DNA of 64,000 nucleotides, taken from Thermoanaerobaculia bacterium. GTDB taxonomy: Bacteria > Acidobacteriota > Thermoanaerobaculia > UBA5066 > Gp7-AA6. The notes beneath the pieces are model-generated. The model did not search any database. It worked only from the letters and a program-made list of their open reading frames with translations, and was not told the DNA's origin. Below are positions 51,643 through 59,287 of this stretch, piece after piece (positions within the stretch are counted from its first letter, which is position 1; each line of letters begins with the position of its first letter). The stretch spans positions 64,057-128,056 of the forward strand of contig DASXAG010000080.1 in NCBI GenBank assembly GCA_036406835.1, written 5' to 3'. The position numbers and the translations under genes are program-made.

Positions 51643-53004
51643 GTGGCGATGGTTTTCATGATGCCCGGCGAGAAGGAAGCGGAGGCGCCCCCGGCGGCGG
51701 CGCGGACGCCGCGCGAGATCGTCGTCGAGCTCGACAAGTACGTCATCGGGCAGAAGCGCGCCAAGAAGGCGGTCGCGATCGCGCTCCGCAACCGCTGGCG
51801 GCGCCAGAGGCTCTCGCCGGAGATGTCCCGCGAGATCCTGCCGAAGAACATCCTGATGATCGGCCCGACCGGCGTCGGCAAGACCGAGATCGCGCGGCGC
51901 CTGGCGCGGCTGGCGGACGCGCCGTTCATCAAGGTCGAGGCGTCGAAGTTCACCGAGGTCGGCTACGTCGGGCGCGACGTCGAGTCGATCGTCCGGGACC
52001 TGACCGAGGTCGCCGTCCAGATGGTGCGCGAGGAGAAGACCTTCGAGATCCGCGATCGGGCGCGGGCTCGCACCGAGCAGCGGCTGCTCGATCTCCTCCT
52101 GCCCGCTCTCTCCGCCGACGACGCCGAGGAGACGCGCAACCGCCTGCGCGCCCTCCTGCGCGACGGCAAGCTCGAGGACCGGATGGTCGAGATCGAGGTC
52201 GCGGACAAGACGTTCCCCTCCTTCGAGATCGTCACCAACCAGGGCGTCGAGGAGATGGACATCAACGTCAAGGAGATGCTGCCCGGGCTCTTCGGCGGCA
52301 AGAAAAAGCGCCGCAAGACGAGTGTCGGGGAGGCGCGCCAGATCCTCCAGGCCGAGGAGGAGGGACGCCTCGTGGATCCGGGACAGGTCGCGCGCGAGGC
52401 CGTCGAGCGCGCGCAGTCGTCCGGCATCGTCTTCCTCGACGAGATCGACAAGGTCGCCGGCCGCGAGTCGGGCCGCGGCCCGGACGTCTCGCGCGAGGGC
52501 GTCCAGAGGGACCTCCTGCCGATCGTCGAGGGCACCTCGGTCAACACGAAATACGGCTTCGTCAAGACCGACCACGTGCTCTTCATCGCCGCGGGCGCGT
52601 TCCACGTCTCGAAGCCGGCCGACCTCATCCCGGAGCTGCAGGGACGGTTTCCGATCCGCGTCGAGCTCGACTCGCTGACCGAGGCGGACTTCGTCCGCAT
52701 CCTGACCGAGCCCGAGAACGCGCTCCTGAAGCAGTACCGCGCGCTCCTCGGCGCCGAGGGCGTCGACCTCGCTTTCTCGGACGAGGCGATCGGCGAGATC
52801 GCCCGCGACGCCGAGCGCGTCAACCGGGCGCTCGAGAACATCGGGGCGCGCCGCCTCCACACGATCCTCGAGCGGCTGCTCGAGGATCTCTCGTTCGCCG
52901 GCCCCGAGAATTCGGGAAAGTCCATCCGCATCGAGCTCGCCGACGTCCAGGCGGCTCTGGCGGACCTGGTGCAGGACGAGGACCTGTCGCGATATGTCCT
53001 GTGA
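51643..53004 (+). CDS. hslU: ATP-dependent protease ATPase subunit HslU
   Basis: 453 aa with [33 protein letters not shown], Walker [16 protein letters not shown], and C-terminal DLSRYVL. Confidence 0.95.
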   Translation: MAMVFMMPGEKEAEAPPAAARTPREIVVELDKYVIGQKRAKKAVAIALRNRWRRQRLSPEMSREILPKNILMIGPTGVGKTEIARRLARLADAPFIKVEASKFTEVGYVGRDVESIVRDLTEVAVQMVREEKTFEIRDRARARTEQRLLDLLLPALSADDAEETRNRLRALLRDGKLEDRMVEIEVADKTFPSFEIVTNQGVEEMDINVKEMLPGLFGGKKKRRKTSVGEARQILQAEEEGRLVDPGQVAREAVERAQSSGIVFLDEIDKVAGRESGRGPDVSREGVQRDLLPIVEGTSVNTKYGFVKTDHVLFIAAGAFHVSKPADLIPELQGRFPIRVELDSLTEADFVRILTEPENALLKQYRALLGAEGVDLAFSDEAIGEIARDAERVNRALENIGARRLHTILERLLEDLSFAGPENSGKSIRIELADVQAALADLVQDEDLSRYVL

Positions 53005-53014
53005 GCCCCGGGCT

Positions 53015-53118
53015 GTCGTCACGACACCGAGCGGAGCGAGGGGGAGGGATCCCGGACTCGATGGCGATGGAACCCGTTAACGCAAGGGATCCCTCGTCGC
53101 TGCGCTCCTCGGGATGAC
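53015..53118. repeat. palindromic dispersed repeat (REP/MITE-like), copy B
   Basis: The left arm ...CCGAGCGGAGCGAGGGGGAGGGATCCCGGACTCG shares GA(A/G)TCCCGGACTCG with copy A. The right arm is GGGATCCCTCGTCGCTGCGCTCCTCGGGATGAC. The ATG of the next gene (53114) lies inside the terminal GGGATGAC. Confidence 0.55.
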
Positions 53119-54307
53119 ACGCTTCGGTCCAAGCCGCTGCATACTCCTTCTCTCGGTCATCGGCAGCCTCGCCTGCGGCAAGAAGGGCGACCCCCAGCCC
53201 CCTCTCCCCCGCGGACCGCACGCCGTCTCGGATCTCGCGATCGAGCAGGAGGGTGACGACGCGGTCCTGACCTTCACGTTTCCGGACCGGTTGCTGACGG
53301 GCGCGCCGCTCACGGACCTCTCCTCGATCGAGGTCTATCGCGTGATCAAGCCATCCCCCGAGCTGACGTCGCCGCGCCGGCCGTCCGCCGGCCCGGCCGC
53401 CGGAAGCGTCCCGAGCTCCAGCACCGGCGGCGCGGGACCGCTCCACCTTCCCGGCGAGGGAGCGCGGCGCGAGGCGACCAACGTCCGTCTCGCGGAGGAG
53501 GCCTTCTACCGCGACGCGAAGAAGGCGGCCGTGCTGTCGCTCTCGGCCATCGCCGAGCACACGCGCGGCGCTTCGGTCATCTACCGCGATCCGCTCTCCG
53601 AGCTCTGGAGCCGCGGCCTGGGCGGCGATCCGCTCGCCTACGCCGTCATCTCCGTCCGCCGCAACGGCGAGAGGAGCCCGGTCTCGAACATCGTGACGCT
53701 GACTCCCGCCGTGGCGCCCGGCGCGCCCGTCCTCGCCGAGCCGCTCCCCGAGGAGGGCCGGCTCTGCCTCGAGTGGCAGGCGCCGGAGACCGACGTGCTC
53801 GGACATCCCGCCGCGATCGCGGGGTACCGCGTGTACCGCCGCGGGCTCTCCGAGGACGAGTACGGCCCGCCCCTGAACGCGGAGCCGGTGAAGGGGACGT
53901 CGTACGTCGACGCGACCGCTCCCTACGGCGTGCCGCTCGTCTACACGGTGCGCGCGGTGCTGGAGGGGAACCCGAAGGTCGAGGGGCTGCCCGCCGAGGA
54001 GATCCCGGTCCTCTTCGCCGACGTCTACCCGCCGCCGGCGCCGACGCGCCTCGACGCGCTCTCCGAGGGGAACCTCGTCCGCCTCCTCTGGGATCCGGTC
54101 GACGCGCCGGATCTGGCGGGCTACCTCGTCTTCCGATCGAAGGATGGCGGCGCGCCCGAGCGCCTGACGAAGGAGCCGCTGACCGATCCCTTCTTCACCG
54201 ACGAGACGGCGCGCCAGGGAGCGCGCTACCGCTACACCGTGAGGGCGATCGACCGGAACGGCAACCAGAGCGCGCCATCGCCCGAGGCGACCGCGGAACC
54301 GTTCTAA
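53114..54307 (+). CDS. lipoprotein with an LptM(YifL)-like CGxKG N-terminus and two fibronectin-III-like domains
   Basis: 397 aa. Signal/lipobox LLLSVIGSLAC followed by GKKGDPQPPLP. FN3-like segments (GYRVYRRG...YTVRAV and GYLVFRS...YRYTVRAIDRNGNQSAPS). Confidence 0.6.
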   Translation: MTRFGPSRCILLLSVIGSLACGKKGDPQPPLPRGPHAVSDLAIEQEGDDAVLTFTFPDRLLTGAPLTDLSSIEVYRVIKPSPELTSPRRPSAGPAAGSVPSSSTGGAGPLHLPGEGARREATNVRLAEEAFYRDAKKAAVLSLSAIAEHTRGASVIYRDPLSELWSRGLGGDPLAYAVISVRRNGERSPVSNIVTLTPAVAPGAPVLAEPLPEEGRLCLEWQAPETDVLGHPAAIAGYRVYRRGLSEDEYGPPLNAEPVKGTSYVDATAPYGVPLVYTVRAVLEGNPKVEGLPAEEIPVLFADVYPPPAPTRLDALSEGNLVRLLWDPVDAPDLAGYLVFRSKDGGAPERLTKEPLTDPFFTDETARQGARYRYTVRAIDRNGNQSAPSPEATAEPF

Positions 54308-54364
54308 GTTCCGGACCGCTCGGGGACGACTCTGCCCGCAGGCTTAACGTAAACTCCGCTCTCC

Positions 54365-55201
54365 ATGTCCCTGCCCGATTCGTTCGTCAAGATGGCCGGG
54401 GGCGGCAACGACTTCCTCGTCTTCGAGGCGGACGGCCGCTTCCTCGACATGGAGGACCGGCGCCGCCTGGCCCTGATCTGCCGCCGCGGGCTCTCGGTCG
54501 GCGCCGACGGCGCGCTCTTCCTCTCGCCCGGCGAGACCGGCCTGGTCCGGCTGGACTACTTCAACTCCGACGGCGGCTACGCGACCTTCTGCGCCAACGG
54601 CACCCGGTGCGCGGCGCGCTACGCCGTGCGGCACGAGCTCGTGTCGTCCCCGAACCCGACGATCGAGACGGGCTGGGGCCCCATCGAGGCCAGTGTGGAC
54701 GCCGAGGGGGAGCTCGTGACCCTGTCGCTGCCGGCCGTGGCGCCGCCACGCGATCCGGTCCCGATCTCGGGACGGGGGCTGCCGCCGACCGCCATCCCGG
54801 TCGAGGTCGGCGTGCCCCACCTGGTCGTCTTCCTGCGAGGCAATCTCGGCATGCTCGCGATCGACCGGCTCGCGCCGCCCCTGCGCAATCACCCGGCGAT
54901 GCCCGACGGGGCGAACGTCAACTTCGTCAAGGCGGCGGGCGAGAACCGCATCGAGGTCCGCACGTTCGAGCGGGGCGTGGAGGGGGAGACGCTGTCGTGC
55001 GGCTCCGGCGTCGTCGCCTCCGCCATCGCGGCCGGCCGTCAGGGGATGGCCGCGTCGCCCGTCCTCTGCGGGACGAAGAGCGGCGTCGCGCTTCGCGTCG
55101 ATTTCCAGGACGAAGGCACGACCATCACCAACGTGCGCATCACCGGGGACGCGCGCGAGGTCTTCCGGGGCGAGCTGACCCAGGAGTCGTGGAAAGAGTG
55201 A
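54365..55201 (+). CDS. dapF: diaminopimelate epimerase
   Basis: 278 aa with KMAGGGNDFLVF, FNSDGGYATFCANGTRCAARY (first catalytic Cys) and LSCGSGVVAS (second catalytic Cys). Confidence 0.9.
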   Translation: MSLPDSFVKMAGGGNDFLVFEADGRFLDMEDRRRLALICRRGLSVGADGALFLSPGETGLVRLDYFNSDGGYATFCANGTRCAARYAVRHELVSSPNPTIETGWGPIEASVDAEGELVTLSLPAVAPPRDPVPISGRGLPPTAIPVEVGVPHLVVFLRGNLGMLAIDRLAPPLRNHPAMPDGANVNFVKAAGENRIEVRTFERGVEGETLSCGSGVVASAIAAGRQGMAASPVLCGTKSGVALRVDFQDEGTTITNVRITGDAREVFRGELTQESWKE

Positions 55202-55827
55202 CCGACGCCTTCGCGCCGTCCAAGATCGTCGCGGTCGGCAAGAACTACCGCGACCACGCCGCCGAGTTCGGGAGCACGGCGCCCGAGGACGAGCCGATGC
55301 TCTTCCTCAAGGCGCCCTCCGCGCTGATCCGCGAGAACGAGCCGATCGTCCTGCCGCCGGAGTCGCAGCGCGTCGATTACGAGGGCGAGCTGGCGCTCGT
55401 CATCGGCCGGAGGATCAAGGGCTGGCCCGCCGATCGCTGGCTCGAGGCGCTCGCCGGCGTCTGCTGCGCCAACGACGTGACCGCGCGCGACCTGCAGAAG
55501 AAGGACAAGCAGTTCGCGCGCTCGAAGTCCTTCGACACGTTCTGCCCGATCGGTCCCTCGGTCGTCACGGGCGTCGACCCCTCCGACCTCGCGATCGAGA
55601 CGCGCGTCAACGGCGCCGTGCGCCAGTCCTCGCGGACCTCCGCGATGGTGTTCTCGCCGCAGTTCCTCGTCGCCTACGTGTCGCGGATGATGACGCTCCT
55701 GCCGGGCGATCTGATCCTGACCGGAACGCCGGCCGGCGTGGGGCCGCTCGCCCCGGGCGACGTCGTCGAGGTCGAGATCGAGAGGGTCGGCGTGCTGCGC
55801 AATCCGGTTCGCGGCGCCGCCCCCTGA
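55198..55827 (+). CDS. fumarylacetoacetate hydrolase (FAH) family protein
   Basis: GTG 55198 (GTGA overlap with the dapF stop) lies inside track ORF 53773..55827. KIVAVGKNYRDHA, DYEGELALVIG, and GDLILTGTPAGVGPL. Confidence 0.85.
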   Translation: MTDAFAPSKIVAVGKNYRDHAAEFGSTAPEDEPMLFLKAPSALIRENEPIVLPPESQRVDYEGELALVIGRRIKGWPADRWLEALAGVCCANDVTARDLQKKDKQFARSKSFDTFCPIGPSVVTGVDPSDLAIETRVNGAVRQSSRTSAMVFSPQFLVAYVSRMMTLLPGDLILTGTPAGVGPLAPGDVVEVEIERVGVLRNPVRGAAP

Positions 55828-56291
55828 TGGAACCGCCTCCCCGCGCGCTCGACGCGAAGACACGCGCGCGCGCGGCGAGGCTCTCTCTCGCCGCGATCGC
55901 TTATGCGGTGCTCGCGGTCTCGCTCCTCTCTCCCGTCCAGCCCGCGGTGACGAAGACGCGGCTCGAGCGGCTGGGGAGCGCGCTCCGCGGGGATCCGACC
56001 TATCGCCCGGAGAACATGGGGTTCTGGTTCGACGCCGACTACCTCGCGTTCCTCGACGATCTGGACCGCAGGCTGCCGAAGACGCCGGCGCTCACCGTGG
56101 CGGTGCTCGTCCCGCGCAACCCGGACCTCTACCGCTTCCAGGCGAACTACCGGCTCGCGCCGCGCCGGGTGGTCGAGGAGCGCTGGAAGGACGAGGCGGA
56201 CGCGGTCGCGACCTACAGGACCGAGGCGGGGCGCGGGCCCGGCGGCGAGCCGGTCGCGGGCGGATGGCTGTGGACGCGCCCATCTCGATGA
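55827..56291 (+). CDS. hypothetical single-pass membrane protein
   Basis: 154-aa ORF with one TM helix (LSLAAIAYAVLAVSLLS). It overlaps the FAH stop by 1 nt. No recognisable motif. Confidence 0.4.
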   Translation: MEPPPRALDAKTRARAARLSLAAIAYAVLAVSLLSPVQPAVTKTRLERLGSALRGDPTYRPENMGFWFDADYLAFLDDLDRRLPKTPALTVAVLVPRNPDLYRFQANYRLAPRRVVEERWKDEADAVATYRTEAGRGPGGEPVAGGWLWTRPSR

Positions 56292-57613
56292 CGCTCGTCG
56301 AAGCCCTGTCGCGGGCGCTCGTGGGGCTCGCGGGCGCGACCGGGGCGGGCTGGTTGGTGAGCCGACCCGTCACCTGGGGACTGACGCGGCGCGAACGTTT
56401 CGCCTGGGCCCTCGCGTCGGGACTGCTCGTGCAGGCGGTCGCCCTGCTCGCGCTGCTCGCCATCGGAGTCCGCCCCTCGGGATGGAGGCTGCTCCTCCTC
56501 GAGGCGATCGCCGGCGGGCTCGCGCTCGCCGCCCTCCGCCGCCGCCCGGAGGCGGCCGCCCTCGAGCGGCGCGCCGATTCCTCCCTTCTCGCGTGGCTCC
56601 TCCTCGGCGTGGCCGCGCTGGCGTGGCTGGTCTTCCTGGGCGAGTCGGTCGCGGACGGGATGTGGGGAACGGACTTCCTGGCGTTCTGGGGCTACAAGGG
56701 CAAGATCGTCTTCCTGACGTCGGGACTGCCGCGGCGGCTCTTCCAGGACCCGGCGCTCTACTTCGCGCACCGGGAGTATCCGCTGCTCGTCTCGCTGTCG
56801 CTCGCCGCGCTCGCCGCGTTCGTCGGACGTTGGAACGACCAGGCGATCGCGCTCCTCTATCCGGTCTGCGCGCTCGCGACCCTGCTCGCGCTCTCGGGCT
56901 TTCTGGAGCGGCGCGTCTCGCGGCTGGCGGGCGCCGGCGCGGCGGCGCTCGCGGCGCTGTGCGCCTTCCTCTACAAGGCCGGCAACGCGGGCACGGCCGA
57001 GATCCCCTTCGCCCTCTCCGCGGTCCTCGCGTCGTCGGCCGCGATCGACTGGCTCTCGCGGGACCGCGCGGCGAATCCGTGGCGCCTCGCGCTGGCCTCT
57101 CTCTTCTGCGCGGCGCTCAAGCAGGAGGGAACACTCTTCGCCGTCCTGCTCGCCGCCGTGCTGTGGCTGAAGACGCGCGGCGAGGGCCTCGCGCCGAGGC
57201 GGCGCCGGCTCGCGGTCGCCGCTCTCGTCCTGCCGGCCCTCGCGCACTGGATCCTGCTGTACCTCCTCCGCGGCAACCAGACCCGCCGCGACTTCGACTT
57301 CACGTTGTTCACGCCGGAGCGGTGGAGGGAGCTCCCGGCGCTCTTCGCCCTCGTCGCCGGGCGCTTCCTCCGCATCGGATGGACCGAGGCGCTCGTGCCG
57401 ATCCTCGCGATCGTCGTGATCTTCCTCGTCACGCGCCGCGGGATGGCCGCGCCGATCCTGCCGGTGTTTCCCACGCAGATCTTCTTCTACGCGGTCGCGT
57501 TCACCGTCTCCTCGTTCGACCCGCTCTATGCGATCGACGGCGCGTTCCGCCGCATCACGATGAGCCTCTTCCCGGCCTTCACGCTCGTGCTGTGCTCGCG
57601 CGAGACTCGCTGA
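56288..57613 (+). CDS. polytopic membrane protein, GT-C-like
   Basis: Track ORF 56264..57613. ATG 56288 is preferred because of its ATGA overlap with the upstream stop. At least 9 hydrophobic helices with loops rich in W/R. The family call is by architecture only. Confidence 0.45.
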   Translation: MTLVEALSRALVGLAGATGAGWLVSRPVTWGLTRRERFAWALASGLLVQAVALLALLAIGVRPSGWRLLLLEAIAGGLALAALRRRPEAAALERRADSSLLAWLLLGVAALAWLVFLGESVADGMWGTDFLAFWGYKGKIVFLTSGLPRRLFQDPALYFAHREYPLLVSLSLAALAAFVGRWNDQAIALLYPVCALATLLALSGFLERRVSRLAGAGAAALAALCAFLYKAGNAGTAEIPFALSAVLASSAAIDWLSRDRAANPWRLALASLFCAALKQEGTLFAVLLAAVLWLKTRGEGLAPRRRRLAVAALVLPALAHWILLYLLRGNQTRRDFDFTLFTPERWRELPALFALVAGRFLRIGWTEALVPILAIVVIFLVTRRGMAAPILPVFPTQIFFYAVAFTVSSFDPLYAIDGAFRRITMSLFPAFTLVLCSRETR

Positions 57614-57645
57614 GCCGAGCGGCGGCCGCGCGCCGCGGGGCGGCG

Positions 57646-59265
57646 ATGGTCGCCGCCTGCGTGATTCTCGGCGCCGCCGCGCGGCTGGTCGCGCTGCGCG
57701 CGCTGCCGGTCTTCGGCGACGAGGCGCTGAACCTGCGGATGGCGGTGCTGGCGCGGAGCGATCCCCTCGCGCGGCTCTGGATCTCGCTCCAGGAGGCCCA
57801 GCCGCCGCTCCACGTCTGGCTCCTCGCGTTCTTCCTTCCGGCCTCTCCGGACCCGGTCCGCGCCGGGCGGCTCCTCTCGGCCGTCGCCGGAGTGCTGTGC
57901 ATCCCGGCCGCGGCGTGGACGGCGCGCCGCACTCTCGCGCTCTTCGGGCAGCCGGAGGAGCCGGCCCGGATCGCGTCATGGTCGGCGGCGGCGCTCGTGG
58001 CGTTCTGCCCCTTCTTCGTCTTCGCGGAGCGTCTCGCCCGCGTCGACGGGCTCTTCCTCCTGGAGACGATCCTCGCGGCGGGGCTGTCGGCGGCGCTCGC
58101 CGGCCGCGTCGCATCCGGATCCCGTACGCCGCTCGGGCTCGCGTCGGCCTTCGGCGCGCTGATGGGAATCACGATGCTCACGCGGCAGGCGGTGAGCTAC
58201 CCGCTGTGGCTCCTGCCGCCGGCCGCGTGGGTGCTCCTGCAGCGCGAGCGCCGACGAGGGGCCGGACGCCTCGTCGCGGCGATGGCGATGGGCGCCGTCG
58301 TCGCGGGAGCCCTCTGGCTTCCGATGCTCCTCGCGCCGGGAGAGCCGGATACGTTCACGCGGATCTTCCACTCCTCGGACTACCGGCCCGCCATGACCCC
58401 CTCCGACCGCCTGCGGATGACGCTCGCCAACGTGCGGCTCGCCGCTCACGGCTTCCTCGTCTACCTCACGCCGCCGGTCGCCGTTCTCGCGGTTCTCGGC
58501 ATCCTCGATCTCGCCGCCGCTCGCCGGTGGAGGCTCCTCGTCTACGGGATGGTCTGGCTGGCGATCCTTCTCGCTCCGCCGGCGGCGTTCGCCGCGAGGT
58601 ACTTTCCGCGCTACGCGCTGCCGGCCGCGTTGCCGGTCTGCCTTCTCGCGGGCTGGGGAGTCGCGCGCCTGTGGGCGCTCGTCCGGCAACGCGTCCCGGC
58701 CGCCGTCGCGGCGGCCGGCCTCGCCGTCGCCGTGCTGGGGCCGTCGGCGGTGGATCTCGTCCGCGGCGAGCGGAACTGGCTCGACTGGCGGCTTCTCCCG
58801 ATCGACCGCGAGCAATTCGTCTCCGGAACGGCGGCCGGCTTCGCGAGCGAGCAGGCCGCGGCCGCGCTCCGGCGAATCGCCGCCGAACGAATCGTCGTCC
58901 TGACTCCCGGGATCTCGGGCAACCCGACCGACGCGGTCTGGCTCCTCCTCGGAAGCGATCCGCGCATCCGGCTGTCCTACACGGCCGACGCGCTCGCGGA
59001 GCCGCTCCTGCCTGCCGCCGGAGTGAACGGGATGCGCCTTCTCCCCGGGGACTCGCGGGACCCGCGGCGTCGGCCCGAGCCGCTGCCCGAAGGCGTTCCC
59101 GTCTACGCCCTCGCCACCGATCCGCTGTTGACGCGCTCGGGATGGGTCGGGGCCGTGCCGTTTCTCGCGCGGCTCAATCCGGGACTGACCGAGACCGCGC
59201 GCTTCGAGAACCCGCAGGAGCCCGGACTCCCCGCGAACGCGGTCGTCGTGCTGCGCGTGCGCTGA
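57646..59265 (+). CDS. ArnT/PMT-like (GT39/GT83-type) membrane glycosyltransferase
   Basis: ATG 57646 lies inside track ORF 56482..59265. The first-loop acidic motif PVFGDEALNLRMA follows TM1. There are many TM helices and then a soluble C-terminal domain of about 150 aa. Confidence 0.55.
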   Translation: MVAACVILGAAARLVALRALPVFGDEALNLRMAVLARSDPLARLWISLQEAQPPLHVWLLAFFLPASPDPVRAGRLLSAVAGVLCIPAAAWTARRTLALFGQPEEPARIASWSAAALVAFCPFFVFAERLARVDGLFLLETILAAGLSAALAGRVASGSRTPLGLASAFGALMGITMLTRQAVSYPLWLLPPAAWVLLQRERRRGAGRLVAAMAMGAVVAGALWLPMLLAPGEPDTFTRIFHSSDYRPAMTPSDRLRMTLANVRLAAHGFLVYLTPPVAVLAVLGILDLAAARRWRLLVYGMVWLAILLAPPAAFAARYFPRYALPAALPVCLLAGWGVARLWALVRQRVPAAVAAAGLAVAVLGPSAVDLVRGERNWLDWRLLPIDREQFVSGTAAGFASEQAAAALRRIAAERIVVLTPGISGNPTDAVWLLLGSDPRIRLSYTADALAEPLLPAAGVNGMRLLPGDSRDPRRRPEPLPEGVPVYALATDPLLTRSGWVGAVPFLARLNPGLTETARFENPQEPGLPANAVVVLRVR

Positions 59266-59287
59266 GCCCCCGTCGACGGTTCACGAT

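Noticed and set aside
48541-53022. 1493-aa minus-strand ORF spanning the whole FG-GAP gene, hslU and the spacers between them; at first glance a giant protein
   Set aside because: It runs antisense to two genes with unmistakable protein signatures (a signal peptide plus repeated FG-GAP/SLH motifs, and HslU Walker motifs). Its translation is Arg/Asp/Glu/Gly/Val-rich low-information sequence typical of the reverse frame of GC3-biased genes. It has no motifs and no plausible domain structure. I treat it as a high-GC shadow ORF.
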